A stretch of 20,000 nucleotides of DNA from an uncultured virus (IMG/VR IMGVR_UViG_3300037487_002113). Lineage: Duplodnaviria; Heunggongvirae; Uroviricota; Caudoviricetes. Both the position numbers and the translations under genes were made by a program. The DNA lies in the IMG/VR virus record IMGVR_UViG_3300037487_002113, one strand, 5' to 3'. Every line of letters begins with the position of its first letter. Position 1 is the first letter of the stretch. Below are positions 7,977 through 15,870 of this stretch, in pieces. The notes under the pieces were generated by a model. The model was not told where the DNA came from. It saw only the letters and a list, made by a program, of their open reading frames with translations, and searched no databases.

Positions 7977-9170
7977 CTAGCGCAGCCCGCTCGGACGCGG
8001 ATACACTCCGTGACCGGTCGTCTGCAGGTAGGCGCACTTCGCGTCGTAGCTGATTGGGAAGCCGAACACGGCCTCTGCGATCTGATCGGCGCGAAGCTCC
8101 CCATCTGCCGATAGGTCTACGCCAAGAGTCTTGTCGAGCCCTTTCTTCCCGTAGCGGAAGTCGAGCGCGTGTCCCATCTCGTGGGCCATCATCGCGCGCA
8201 TGTTCTCGGGCTGCAGATTGACGTTGGCTACGCCGGCGAATGCGATCTCCGCCCCGTCGTCGGTCTTGCTGCAGTACGCGTAGTGCCTGCCCCCGTCGTG
8301 CGCGTCGTCGTCCTCGATGAGCGTGAGCGTGCCGAAGTCTGGGAACTGCTCATCCAGAACGGCGAACAGCTGGTCGAACGCCGCGCGCATGGACGACCCG
8401 TTTGGCGTGAGCGGGTTGGGCGGCAGGCCCTTCTTTGCCCTGTCTTCCATCTTGCCGAGCCGCGTGTAGTAGTCGCCGAACTCGTCGAGGTGGTCGACGG
8501 CCACCTTTGCAGCATCGAGCAGGGAACCGCCGTGCTCAAGCTCCACCTCCATGCCCATGCGCAGCTGCTCCACGTCGACGCGCGGGCGCCCTAGCTGGAC
8601 CCAGGCCGCAGTCGCCTGCGTCTTGGTGACTGGGGCGGCAGGATTTTCTGCCATCGACTTGTCCTCGTCGTTCATCAGCTCGGACTCCAGCGGCATGAAA
8701 GGGCTCTCGGCCTTGAACGTGACCCAGACGTTTTCCCCGTCGTCGTCTTCTTCGCCGGCCTTCGACGGGTCGATGAGATCGTCGTCGACCGCTTCCTGCA
8801 GGCCGTACCACTCGCCGTCGCAGAACACTTCGATGTCTTCCGGCGGGATTGGCTTCGTTGCGAAGAAGTCCTCCCTGGTGGACTCGCGTCGGCTGACGTC
8901 GTCGATCATCAGGTCTGAGTCGTCGACGTCCATCGCAAGCACGACCGGGACGAGGCCGTCCTCGATGGGCGTGTCGCTGCCGTCGTTGGCGAAGTCCTCG
9001 TAGCGAGATGTCCAGAAGAGGACGCCTGGCCAGTCTGCCGTGAAGAAATTGCGGTTGCGCGAGTGCGCCGCGTAGCCGCCCGTCGAAAACGGGCCGCGCG
9101 CCAACGGGTCAAGGCCCCGCTCTGCGATGGACGGCAGTCTGTTGGCGTAGGTTACGTGGAAGACGCGCAT
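7977..9170 (-). CDS. Polyvalent protein: ART-fold (KptA/DarT-like) domain + DUF5661-like domain + HExxH zincin-like domain
   Basis: N-terminal FHVT....LPSIAERGLDP...FFT...IPPEDI; central QLRMGMEVELEH....AAKVAVDHLDE..DYYTRL..ME; C-terminal MAHEMGHALD...E..AD. Confidence 0.7.
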   Translation of the reverse strand: MRVFHVTYANRLPSIAERGLDPLARGPFSTGGYAAHSRNRNFFTADWPGVLFWTSRYEDFANDGSDTPIEDGLVPVVLAMDVDDSDLMIDDVSRRESTREDFFATKPIPPEDIEVFCDGEWYGLQEAVDDDLIDPSKAGEEDDDGENVWVTFKAESPFMPLESELMNDEDKSMAENPAAPVTKTQATAAWVQLGRPRVDVEQLRMGMEVELEHGGSLLDAAKVAVDHLDEFGDYYTRLGKMEDRAKKGLPPNPLTPNGSSMRAAFDQLFAVLDEQFPDFGTLTLIEDDDAHDGGRHYAYCSKTDDGAEIAFAGVANVNLQPENMRAMMAHEMGHALDFRYGKKGLDKTLGVDLSADGELRADQIAEAVFGFPISYDAKCAYLQTTGHGVYPRPSGLR

Positions 9171-10099
9171 GAGCCAGACCTTAGCATCGCATCGATTTCC
9201 ATGGCGTCGAGCACGGTGTCGGCGATCTCAAAGAGCCCGATGGATCGCAGCATGTTCTTCCCTACGTCGGTCGAGAGGTTCAGGTCGATCGCAAACGGAT
9301 CTGCCTGCAGATCGTCGCGGATGGCAAAAACGATGTCCGTCCAGTTGACCGGGCCCCACCCGGTCAGCATGCGCGTCTGGAGCGCGTCGCGGCACCGCTC
9401 GATGAAGCTCGGCTGCTCGGTCACGCGCTTCGACCCGTCGGTGCGCAGCATGGAAAGGTCGTACGCGGTGGTGGCCGGCGCGACAGGGTCGGCGTCCTTG
9501 CCGTGCATGAGCATCGCGGAGAGCCAGTGCTCTTCCGGCTCGTGCCCGGTGGGCGGGAAGCCAGCTACCGGCGCGGGGAACGCCTCGCACGCGGCGGCGG
9601 CCTCGGCCGCGAAGATCGTGGTGAGGAGCGTCGGGTCAGACGTCTCGGCCGCCTCGGCCCGCTTCGCCATCTTGGTGAGCGAGCTGTTGGGGGACGCGAG
9701 CGCCTCGGCCAGCGTCATCGGGGGCATCTCCAGCGGCTCGGCTACGAGATCGTCGTGCAGGCCGATCTCCTCCCACACGGTCGCCGCCTCATCCTTCATC
9801 AGGCGCTCGACGTAGCGCTCCTCGGCGGCCGTGAGCGGGGTGAAGCCGCCGCTGTAGACGCGTGCGTGCTGGGCGATGGGTCGCGTGTCCAGCCCGTCAC
9901 GGCGCACGTGCAGCGTGTCTTCGATGGCGCGCGCGACTGCGCCCTGCCGGACGCCCTCGTAGAACGCGATGCTCTCGATGCGACCTAGCGCGCGCAGGAC
10001 GTTCGTGAGCATGTGCGGCGGGGCGCCCTGCAGGGATTGGATGAGCTGTGCCTTGAGGCTGCCGAACAAGATCTCATCGTCGACGTGGCGGAAGTGCAT
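9152..10099 (-). CDS. Hypothetical protein (acidic, Ala/Pro-rich middle)
   Basis: Long ORF with GC-biased third positions. Start reassigned to MHFRH at 10099, which removes the overlap with the divergent gene. Confidence 0.65.
   Translation of the reverse strand: MHFRHVDDEILFGSLKAQLIQSLQGAPPHMLTNVLRALGRIESIAFYEGVRQGAVARAIEDTLHVRRDGLDTRPIAQHARVYSGGFTPLTAAEERYVERLMKDEAATVWEEIGLHDDLVAEPLEMPPMTLAEALASPNSSLTKMAKRAEAAETSDPTLLTTIFAAEAAAACEAFPAPVAGFPPTGHEPEEHWLSAMLMHGKDADPVAPATTAYDLSMLRTDGSKRVTEQPSFIERCRDALQTRMLTGWGPVNWTDIVFAIRDDLQADPFAIDLNLSTDVGKNMLRSIGLFEIADTVLDAMEIDAMLRSGSCASST
9178..9186 (-). promoter_or_regulatory. Extended -10 element, probable leaderless start
   Basis: Minus strand reads TG-c-TAAGGT-ctggctc-ATG(9170). 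Confidence 0.5.
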
Positions 10100-10142
10100 G
10101 CCGCACTCGTAACACCTGGCGCGTGCGCGCTCAAGACCCCGA

Positions 10143-10151
10143 TGGTACGCT
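10143..10151 (+). promoter_or_regulatory. Extended -10 element, probable leaderless start
   Basis: TG-g-TACGCT-ggcggcc-ATG(10159), with no SD. Confidence 0.5.
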
Positions 10152-10158
10152 GGCGGCC

Positions 10159-10863
10159 ATGTCGTATACATCTCTCGGAACCGCTCCCGCGCCGAATACT
10201 CAAGAGCACGGAAAGATCGTCGCGTCTGACGGCTGGTCGTACCAGCTCACCGCAGACGACATCCTGTGGCTCGCGCGCAGCGTGGACTTCGAGGGAGGGT
10301 CGAGCCCTGCTGGCGTCATCTGGACGTATGCCCAGAGGTACGCGATCCCCAACATCCACCGCCTGTACCCGACGTTTGCGTCGCTAGTGCGCGCGCACAG
10401 CCAGCCCGTCAACCCCAAGTGGGCGCGTGACGGGGCGTTTTGCCGCCCCGGCGGGTCTTACGCGGGCAAGCCGGAGTGCAGTGAGGCGAAGCTCGCGAGG
10501 CGCGACCGGGCGCAGTCGATTCCCTGGGATGAGATCGGCCCGCGCGTCCGCGACCTCGTCACCCAGTTCTCGCACGCCCAGCTCGACAACCCAGTGCCGC
10601 GCTCGGTGGAGTTCGCGGCGGCAAGCCTGTCGGCCCGCTATCTGTCCAACTACCCGACGGCGCGCCTCGTGCTCAAGGCCGGCAACTGGTTCATCGCAAC
10701 CGCGCAGAGCCTCCTCTGGCCGGAGAACCACGTCAGCGTTCACTTCAATGGCGCGCAGTCTAAGGAGGGTGGCGGCGCCGGTGGCGGGATCAGCGGCGGG
10801 CTGATCGCGTTCGCGCTGTTCGCGACCGCGGCAGGGCTTTACGTTTGGCGGTCGCGGTCGTGA
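10159..10863 (+). CDS. SleB/Hydrolase_2-like cell-wall hydrolase with Gly linker and C-terminal TM anchor
   Basis: DILWLARSVDFEGG resembles the SleB catalytic-Glu helix. Also SQP and a late GNWF. C-terminus GGGAGGGISGGLIAFALFATAAGLYVWRSRS. Confidence 0.55.
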   Translation: MSYTSLGTAPAPNTQEHGKIVASDGWSYQLTADDILWLARSVDFEGGSSPAGVIWTYAQRYAIPNIHRLYPTFASLVRAHSQPVNPKWARDGAFCRPGGSYAGKPECSEAKLARRDRAQSIPWDEIGPRVRDLVTQFSHAQLDNPVPRSVEFAAASLSARYLSNYPTARLVLKAGNWFIATAQSLLWPENHVSVHFNGAQSKEGGGAGGGISGGLIAFALFATAAGLYVWRSRS

Positions 10864-12023
10864 CGCCCGAAGACGTGCTGGCTGGGATGGATGAGGAGGG
10901 GCGCTATCACGGCGGCGGCCTCTACCTGGACGGCTACCAGCACCCGCTGCCGGCGGGACTCACGAGCGTGAGCGGCAGCCTCAGCCTGCACGACTACCAG
11001 CTCCCGCTGCCTGTAGGACTCACGAACGTGGGCGGTCACCTCGTCCTGTCCGACTACCCGTACCCGCTGCCGGCAGGACTCACGAACGTGGGCGGCGACC
11101 TCATCATGATGGACTACCCGTACCCGCTGCCGGCCGGACTCACGAGCGTGGGGGGCAAGCTCAACCTGTCCTTCTACGCGCACCCGCTGCCAACCGGGCT
11201 CACCGGCGTGGGGGGCAACATTGTTCTGAGCAACTACGAGTTTCCGTTGCCGGCTGGGCTTACGAGCGTGGGCGGCGGAATCTACCTCGCTGGCTATGGG
11301 TTCCCGCTGCCCGGCGGGATGACCAGCGGCAGCGCGGCAGTAGGCGCAGATGAATATCCGTTCCCGCTTCCCGAGATTGGGCTGCCGAAAGAGCACTATG
11401 ACATTTCGCCGCCAAGCTCGGCGGCGTTTCGCGAGTGGTTTGGCAAGAGTCATGTGGTCGACGGACACGGCGCTCCGCTGCTGCTGTATCATGGTACTGC
11501 GGAGGGCGGCTTTGTCTGGTTCGACTTGGAAGAGGCCGACGCGCATCACCCTGGGTTTTATTTTACGGATAGCATTCCAGTCGCGGGCACGTACATCGGC
11601 GACGGCTTTCATTTCGAGGACCCAACGCCGTCGCTCGACGGAGCCCACCCAGCGTCTAAGAAAGGAGCCTATCGCGTCTGGGTTCGCCTGGAGAATCCGT
11701 TCGTGTTCGATGCGGCAGGGGCGCAGTGGAGTGAGATGCACGTGCCGGAGTACCCTGGCCTGAGAAGGACCTATCAGATCGCGCGCGCTGCCAGGCGCGA
11801 CGGCTATGACGGCTGCATCTTTCGTAATCTGCGCGACTCGGGAATCAAGAGGAAATACAGCGAACCGTCGGACGTCTACGTCGTATTCTCACCGACGCAG
11901 ATCAAGAGCGCGCTTTTCAACGTCGGCACGTATGACCGCAACGATGAAGACATTCGCAAGAACCCGCGGCGCAAGACGAGCAAGCGCAGGACCAGCAAGC
12001 GCAAGACGAGCAGGAGACGCTGA
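10860..12023 (+). CDS. LRR-like 20-aa repeat protein fused to an ART-PolyVal-like ADP-ribosyltransferase domain, with basic tail (paralogue 1)
   Basis: 7 full plus 1 degenerate GGxLxLxxYxxPLPAGLTSV repeats. C-domain PLLLYHGT...GFYFT...RLENP...GYDG.IF...YVVFSPTQIKSA. GTGA overlap start at 10860. Confidence 0.8.
   Translation: MTPEDVLAGMDEEGRYHGGGLYLDGYQHPLPAGLTSVSGSLSLHDYQLPLPVGLTNVGGHLVLSDYPYPLPAGLTNVGGDLIMMDYPYPLPAGLTSVGGKLNLSFYAHPLPTGLTGVGGNIVLSNYEFPLPAGLTSVGGGIYLAGYGFPLPGGMTSGSAAVGADEYPFPLPEIGLPKEHYDISPPSSAAFREWFGKSHVVDGHGAPLLLYHGTAEGGFVWFDLEEADAHHPGFYFTDSIPVAGTYIGDGFHFEDPTPSLDGAHPASKKGAYRVWVRLENPFVFDAAGAQWSEMHVPEYPGLRRTYQIARAARRDGYDGCIFRNLRDSGIKRKYSEPSDVYVVFSPTQIKSALFNVGTYDRNDEDIRKNPRRKTSKRRTSKRKTSRRR
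10911..11372 (+). repeat. Coding 60-bp tandem repeat array
   Basis: The ccgctgccggc.ggactcacga.cgtg core recurs every 60 bp. Confidence 0.9.
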
Positions 12024-13615
12024 TGAGCTTGCACAATGACATGGCCGAGCTGGACGAGACCGGCGGCTCTTACTACGGCGGAAACCTGGAACTGAGCGAC
12101 TACAGGTATCCGCTGCCCGATAGCTTGATGTATGTGGATGGCTACGTCGTGCTGGTCGACTACGGGCACCCGCTGCCCGCGCGGCTGGTCAGCGTAAACG
12201 GCGACATATATCTGGACGGCTATAAATACCCATTGCCCACCGGGCTTACTCACGTGGGCGGCGACATATATCTGGACAAATACAGCATCCCGCTGCCGGC
12301 AGGGCTCACAGAAGTGAGCGGCCGCCTCGTGGGCCTTCCCTACTACTCGCATCCGTTGCCAGCGCGGCTCGCGATCGTAGGCGACACCCTCGATCTGTCC
12401 GGACACAAGCACCTGCTGCCCAAGGGGCTATGGCTCGTTGGCGGCGACATCTACCTGCATTACTACGACCTCCCGCTGCCGGCCGGGCTCACGCGCGTAG
12501 GCGGCAGGCTCGACCTGGATAACTACCGCCACCCGCTGCCTGTTGGTCTCGTGAGCGTGGGCGACCTCTTCCTGCGGGATTACCAGTTCCCGCTGCCGGC
12601 GGGACTCACGAGCGTGGGCGCCCTCGACCTGTGGGGCTACAAGCACCCGCTGCCGGCGGGACTCACGAGCGTGAGCGGCAGCCTCAGCCTGCACGACTAC
12701 CCGCACCCGCTGCCGGCGGGACTCACGAGCGTGAGCGGCAGCCTCCTCTTCCTGCACGGCTACAAGCACCCGCTGCCGGCGGGATTTACGAGCGCGGGAG
12801 GCAGCCTCTACCTGTCCGGCTACGAGTTCCCGCTGCCGGCGGGACTCACGAGCGTGGGCGGCCACCTCGACCTGCGGGGCTACCAGTTCCCGCTACCGGC
12901 GGCTCTCGCGGTTCGGGCGGAGGGGGAGGGGTGGGAGTTCAACGGCGATGAGTGGATCATGGGTGCCCTAAGAGAGCATTACGAAATCACGCCACCAGCG
13001 TCTCCGGCGTTCCGCTCGTGGCTCGGCAAGAGCCGCGCGGTAGACGATTCCGGCACGCCCGTGCTGCTTTACCATGGCACGAATGGGGGCGGCTTCACGG
13101 CGTTTGATCCGGCAAAGGCCGACCCGCACCATCCGGGCTTCTACTTCACCAACGACATCCAAAACGCCAACACGTACATTGGCAAGACGGGCCGCCTCGA
13201 AGATCCCACGCCATCGCTAGACGGCACGCACCCATCGTCAGCGGAGGGCGCGTACCGAGTGTGGGTACGCCTGGATAATCCGTTTGTGCACGACGCAAAA
13301 GGCGCCGAGTGGAATCGCATGATGGTTCCCGAGTACCCAAAGCTGTACAAGACCTACGAGGTGGCCCACGCCGCCAAACGCGACGGCTACGACGGGTGTA
13401 TCTTTCGTAATCTGCGCGACTCGGGCGGGCACGCCGATTACGACGAGCCCGCCGACGTCTACGTTATCTTCAGCCCCACGCAGATCAAGAGCGCGCTGTT
13501 CAACATCGGCTCGTACAGCCTCACCGATCCCGACATCCGCAAGAATCCGCGGCGCAAGACCTCGCGCAAGCCGCGCAAGGCGACCAGCAAGCGCAAGACG
13601 AGCAGGAGGCGCTGA
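12023..13615 (+). CDS. LRR-like 20-aa repeat protein fused to an ART-PolyVal-like domain, with basic tail (paralogue 2)
   Basis: 14 repeats of 19-21 aa. C-domain PVLLYHGT...HHPGFYFT...GYDGCIFRNLRDSG...YVIFSPTQIKSALFN is clearly homologous to paralogue 1. TGATG coupling. Confidence 0.8.
   Translation: MSLHNDMAELDETGGSYYGGNLELSDYRYPLPDSLMYVDGYVVLVDYGHPLPARLVSVNGDIYLDGYKYPLPTGLTHVGGDIYLDKYSIPLPAGLTEVSGRLVGLPYYSHPLPARLAIVGDTLDLSGHKHLLPKGLWLVGGDIYLHYYDLPLPAGLTRVGGRLDLDNYRHPLPVGLVSVGDLFLRDYQFPLPAGLTSVGALDLWGYKHPLPAGLTSVSGSLSLHDYPHPLPAGLTSVSGSLLFLHGYKHPLPAGFTSAGGSLYLSGYEFPLPAGLTSVGGHLDLRGYQFPLPAALAVRAEGEGWEFNGDEWIMGALREHYEITPPASPAFRSWLGKSRAVDDSGTPVLLYHGTNGGGFTAFDPAKADPHHPGFYFTNDIQNANTYIGKTGRLEDPTPSLDGTHPSSAEGAYRVWVRLDNPFVHDAKGAEWNRMMVPEYPKLYKTYEVAHAAKRDGYDGCIFRNLRDSGGHADYDEPADVYVIFSPTQIKSALFNIGSYSLTDPDIRKNPRRKTSRKPRKATSKRKTSRRR
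12077..12912 (+). repeat. Coding 57-63-bp tandem repeat array (14 units)
   Basis: Same repeat family as 10911-11372. Units in 12586-12900 are near-identical in their constant halves. Confidence 0.9.
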
Positions 13616-14244
13616 TGGCCCGCATTTTCATTCTCGGTGACTCGCACTCCGTTCTTCTCGGGCCGGCGATCGTCAGGGCGATGAGCAGCTCCGACTGGGC
13701 CCTGGCTGGTCAGATCTCGCGCGTCGGGTGGAGCACCGCTCGGTACTCGCACGACAGTACCTGGCTGCCGGAGATCGCAGCGGCCCGCCCTGACGTCGTC
13801 ATCGTGATCCTCGGCACCAACGATGCCGCCCAGGGGCAGCAGGCCTACGCAGGGCAGCTGAAGTCGGTCGTGGACAGCATCAATTCCGCGAGCGTCCCGG
13901 TCATTGTGTGGGTCGGGCCGCCGACCGTGACGAACGCCGCCGTTGACGCGCGCGGTGACCGCATCGCGCCGTGGCAGGGGAGCTTCCTGCCGCAGATGGG
14001 CGTCAAGTGGATCGACTCGCGGCAGATGACCAACGGCGGCCAAGCCCCCGACGGCATCCACTTCACGGCGGCGGGCTACCGCGCCTGGGCGGGGTCGCTG
14101 GCCGACCCGCTGCGCCAGACCAGCATCGGAGCGCAGGGCGCGCCCGCCGGTGGCGGGCCGATGGGCGGCGCGGCGATCGTCATTCCTTTGATGCTGGCGG
14201 GGCTGGCGGTGGGACTTCTCGTGGCGACTCTCCGCGTACGCTGA
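13615..14244 (+). CDS. SGNH/GDSL hydrolase with C-terminal TM anchor
   Basis: Blocks ILGDSH, G(WS), LGTND and DGIHF. C-terminus GGGPMGGAAIVIPLMLAGLAVGLLVATLRVR. Confidence 0.88.
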   Translation: MARIFILGDSHSVLLGPAIVRAMSSSDWALAGQISRVGWSTARYSHDSTWLPEIAAARPDVVIVILGTNDAAQGQQAYAGQLKSVVDSINSASVPVIVWVGPPTVTNAAVDARGDRIAPWQGSFLPQMGVKWIDSRQMTNGGQAPDGIHFTAAGYRAWAGSLADPLRQTSIGAQGAPAGGGPMGGAAIVIPLMLAGLAVGLLVATLRVR

Positions 14245-15268
14245 GGAGTGCGTCCTCGAAGGCGTGGCGCTGGGCGCCGATCTGTTTCGTGTAGATCTGC
14301 GTCGTCGCCGGGCTCGCGTGCCCCATCGCGTCCTGGATGTCCTGCAGCGGGATGTTCGCGCGCAGCATGTCCCTGGCAACCATGTGCCGGATGGCGTGCG
14401 GGTGGACCTCCAGGTCGTCCGTGATGCCCGCGCGCTTGGCCGCGTCGATCAGAATACGGCGCAGCGTCTCGTCGTTGAGCACGTCGTGCTTGCCGATGCC
14501 AAGCATGCGGCGCTTGATGTTGGGCTTGATCTCCGAGAACACCCCGTGCTCCGGGCGCAGCTTCCCCCACCTGTCCGCCGACTTCCAGTACGCGACAAGA
14601 GCCTCGTAGACGATGTTGGGCAGCTCGAACTTCTGCTCCTTGTGGCCCTTGACCATCGCCTTGTACCAGCGCTCCTTTCCCTCCATGTGGAGGTCCCCGA
14701 TGCGCAGGTTGGCGACCTCGGAGCGCCGGCGGCCGGTGTAGGCGAAGAAGATGAGGATGGCCCGGTCACGCATCGTCTTGACGTCATCGCCCGTGAGCCC
14801 GTCGAGGATTTTTTTGAACTTGTCCCACTCCATGACGTGCGAGCGGCCGAACGGCGTCACGCGCACGTCGTCCCTTGTTATAGCCAGAGCCGGGTTCGCT
14901 CTAACAAGGGGCTCGGTCGTCGCCCCATGTGGAAGCATGAGGAAATTGTAGTAGCTCGTCAGCGCCGCAAGACGCGCCTGCACCGTGGCGTCGCTCTTGT
15001 TCTCGGACTTCATGAGTTTTTTCCAAGCAGCTACGTGCGCGACGTTCACGTCCTCGGGGCACACCCAGCTGTGCAGCGTGAAGAACTGCTTGAGCGCGAA
15101 GGCGTAGGCGCGCTTGGTGTGAGGGCTCTGCTGCTCCAGGAACGCGGCCAGCGCTTCGAGGTGCATCTTCAGGCGCGTCGCGTCGCCACGCCCGAAGCGC
15201 CGAAGCGCGTCCATGTTGCTCGCCGGGACCAGCCCGACGCCGCCGACCTTGATGTTCTCGCCTGGCAT
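14180..15268 (-). CDS. Tyrosine recombinase/integrase (XerC/XerD-like)
   Basis: SAM-like N-domain (SPHTKRAY) and catalytic motifs RDRAIL...TGRRRSE, K, HAIRH and GHASPATTQIY. Start reassigned to MPGENIK at 15268. The 3' end overlaps the SGNH gene by 65 nt. Confidence 0.92.
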   Translation of the reverse strand: MPGENIKVGGVGLVPASNMDALRRFGRGDATRLKMHLEALAAFLEQQSPHTKRAYAFALKQFFTLHSWVCPEDVNVAHVAAWKKLMKSENKSDATVQARLAALTSYYNFLMLPHGATTEPLVRANPALAITRDDVRVTPFGRSHVMEWDKFKKILDGLTGDDVKTMRDRAILIFFAYTGRRRSEVANLRIGDLHMEGKERWYKAMVKGHKEQKFELPNIVYEALVAYWKSADRWGKLRPEHGVFSEIKPNIKRRMLGIGKHDVLNDETLRRILIDAAKRAGITDDLEVHPHAIRHMVARDMLRANIPLQDIQDAMGHASPATTQIYTKQIGAQRHAFEDALLSVRGESPREVPPPAPPASKE

Positions 15269-15288
15269 GTTGACCTTTGCCCACGCAG

Positions 15289-15297
15289 ACGTTATCA
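15289..15297 (-). promoter_or_regulatory. Extended -10 element for the recombinase
   Basis: Minus strand reads TG-a-TAACGT, 20 nt before the ATG, with an aagg RBS in between. Confidence 0.45.
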
Positions 15298-15370
15298 CAC
15301 GTGGGCCTTGCCGCCAACCGAACAGGATGGGCTGGAACAGGACGACGCCTCGCCAGCCACCGCGGGGCGC

Positions 15371-15628
15371 GTGCTTATCTGCACCTTCGATCCGTTCCAC
15401 ACGGTCACGCGCTTCGAGCGTCGGCTCATGCGCCTGTGGAAGCGCCGACCCCTCGGCGACGACACGCAGCTCTTCCTGATGTCCGAGGGGCTCCCGCTGT
15501 GCGCCGAGTGCAAGATGCTCATGGAGAGCGTCGCCGTCCCGCGCGGAGCGTCTGCGGTCACCGCCCTTCGCGTGGTGGCAGAGAACTTCTCGGAGGCGAT
15601 GAGCCTCACCAGGACAGGGCTCCCGTAG
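15371..15628 (+). CDS. Small hypothetical protein, possible Zn-binding (C..H / CxxC)
   Basis: GTG start, MLICTFDPFH...CAEC. GC-rich third positions. The stop codon lies inside the tRNA 5' end. Confidence 0.5.
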   Translation: MLICTFDPFHTVTRFERRLMRLWKRRPLGDDTQLFLMSEGLPLCAECKMLMESVAVPRGASAVTALRVVAENFSEAMSLTRTGLP

Positions 15629-15691
15629 CTCAGTGGATAGAGCGCCGGTTTCCTAAACCGGATGTCGCACGTTCGATCCGTGCCGGGAGCG
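15619..15691 (+). tRNA. tRNA-Arg (anticodon CCT, reads AGG)
   Basis: Full cloverleaf: acceptor GCTCCCG/CGGGAGC, D-arm GCTC-AGTGGATA-GAGC, anticodon CCGGT-TTCCTAA-ACCGG, T-arm GCACG-TTCGATC-CGTGC, discriminator G. CCA is not encoded (CAA follows). Confidence 0.95.
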
Positions 15692-15699
15692 CAAACGAA

Positions 15700-15752
15700 C
15701 CCCTCGCCGCCGCGCACCCGAGGGGGAGATACGACTACGCGGCGACGAGGGG
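15700..15752. repeat. 15-bp inverted repeat (1 mismatch, 23-nt loop) just downstream of the tRNA
   Basis: cccctcgccgccgcg ... cgcggcgacgagggg. Confidence 0.7.
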
Positions 15753-15870
15753 CGCGATCCGCGATACAGCTGCGGACGCAGTAGATTTGCACGAGCACTG
15801 TCGGTGGTCCAGCGAAACGCCTCCGCCGCATTGCTCGCGACCTATATCCACTGCGCTGGTGACTCGCCTA

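Noticed and set aside
7977..9170. DarTG toxin-antitoxin system
   Set aside because: Only the N-terminal FHxT...LPSI...GL motif resembles DarT. No macrodomain or NADAR antitoxin is recognisable nearby.
10911..12912. 60-bp periodic repeats with a constant and a variable part, as a CRISPR array
   Set aside because: The units are in-frame coding repeats with synonymous variation and indels in multiples of 3. The variable parts keep an LxLxxY pattern. No cas genes are present.
10860..13615. Diversity-generating retroelement acting on the variable repeats
   Set aside because: There is no reverse transcriptase and no non-coding template repeat in the window, and the differences are not visibly confined to adenines.
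15619..15691. tRNA as a prophage/host boundary (attL/attR)
   Set aside because: Genes on both sides are phage-like and there is no visible switch to host genes.
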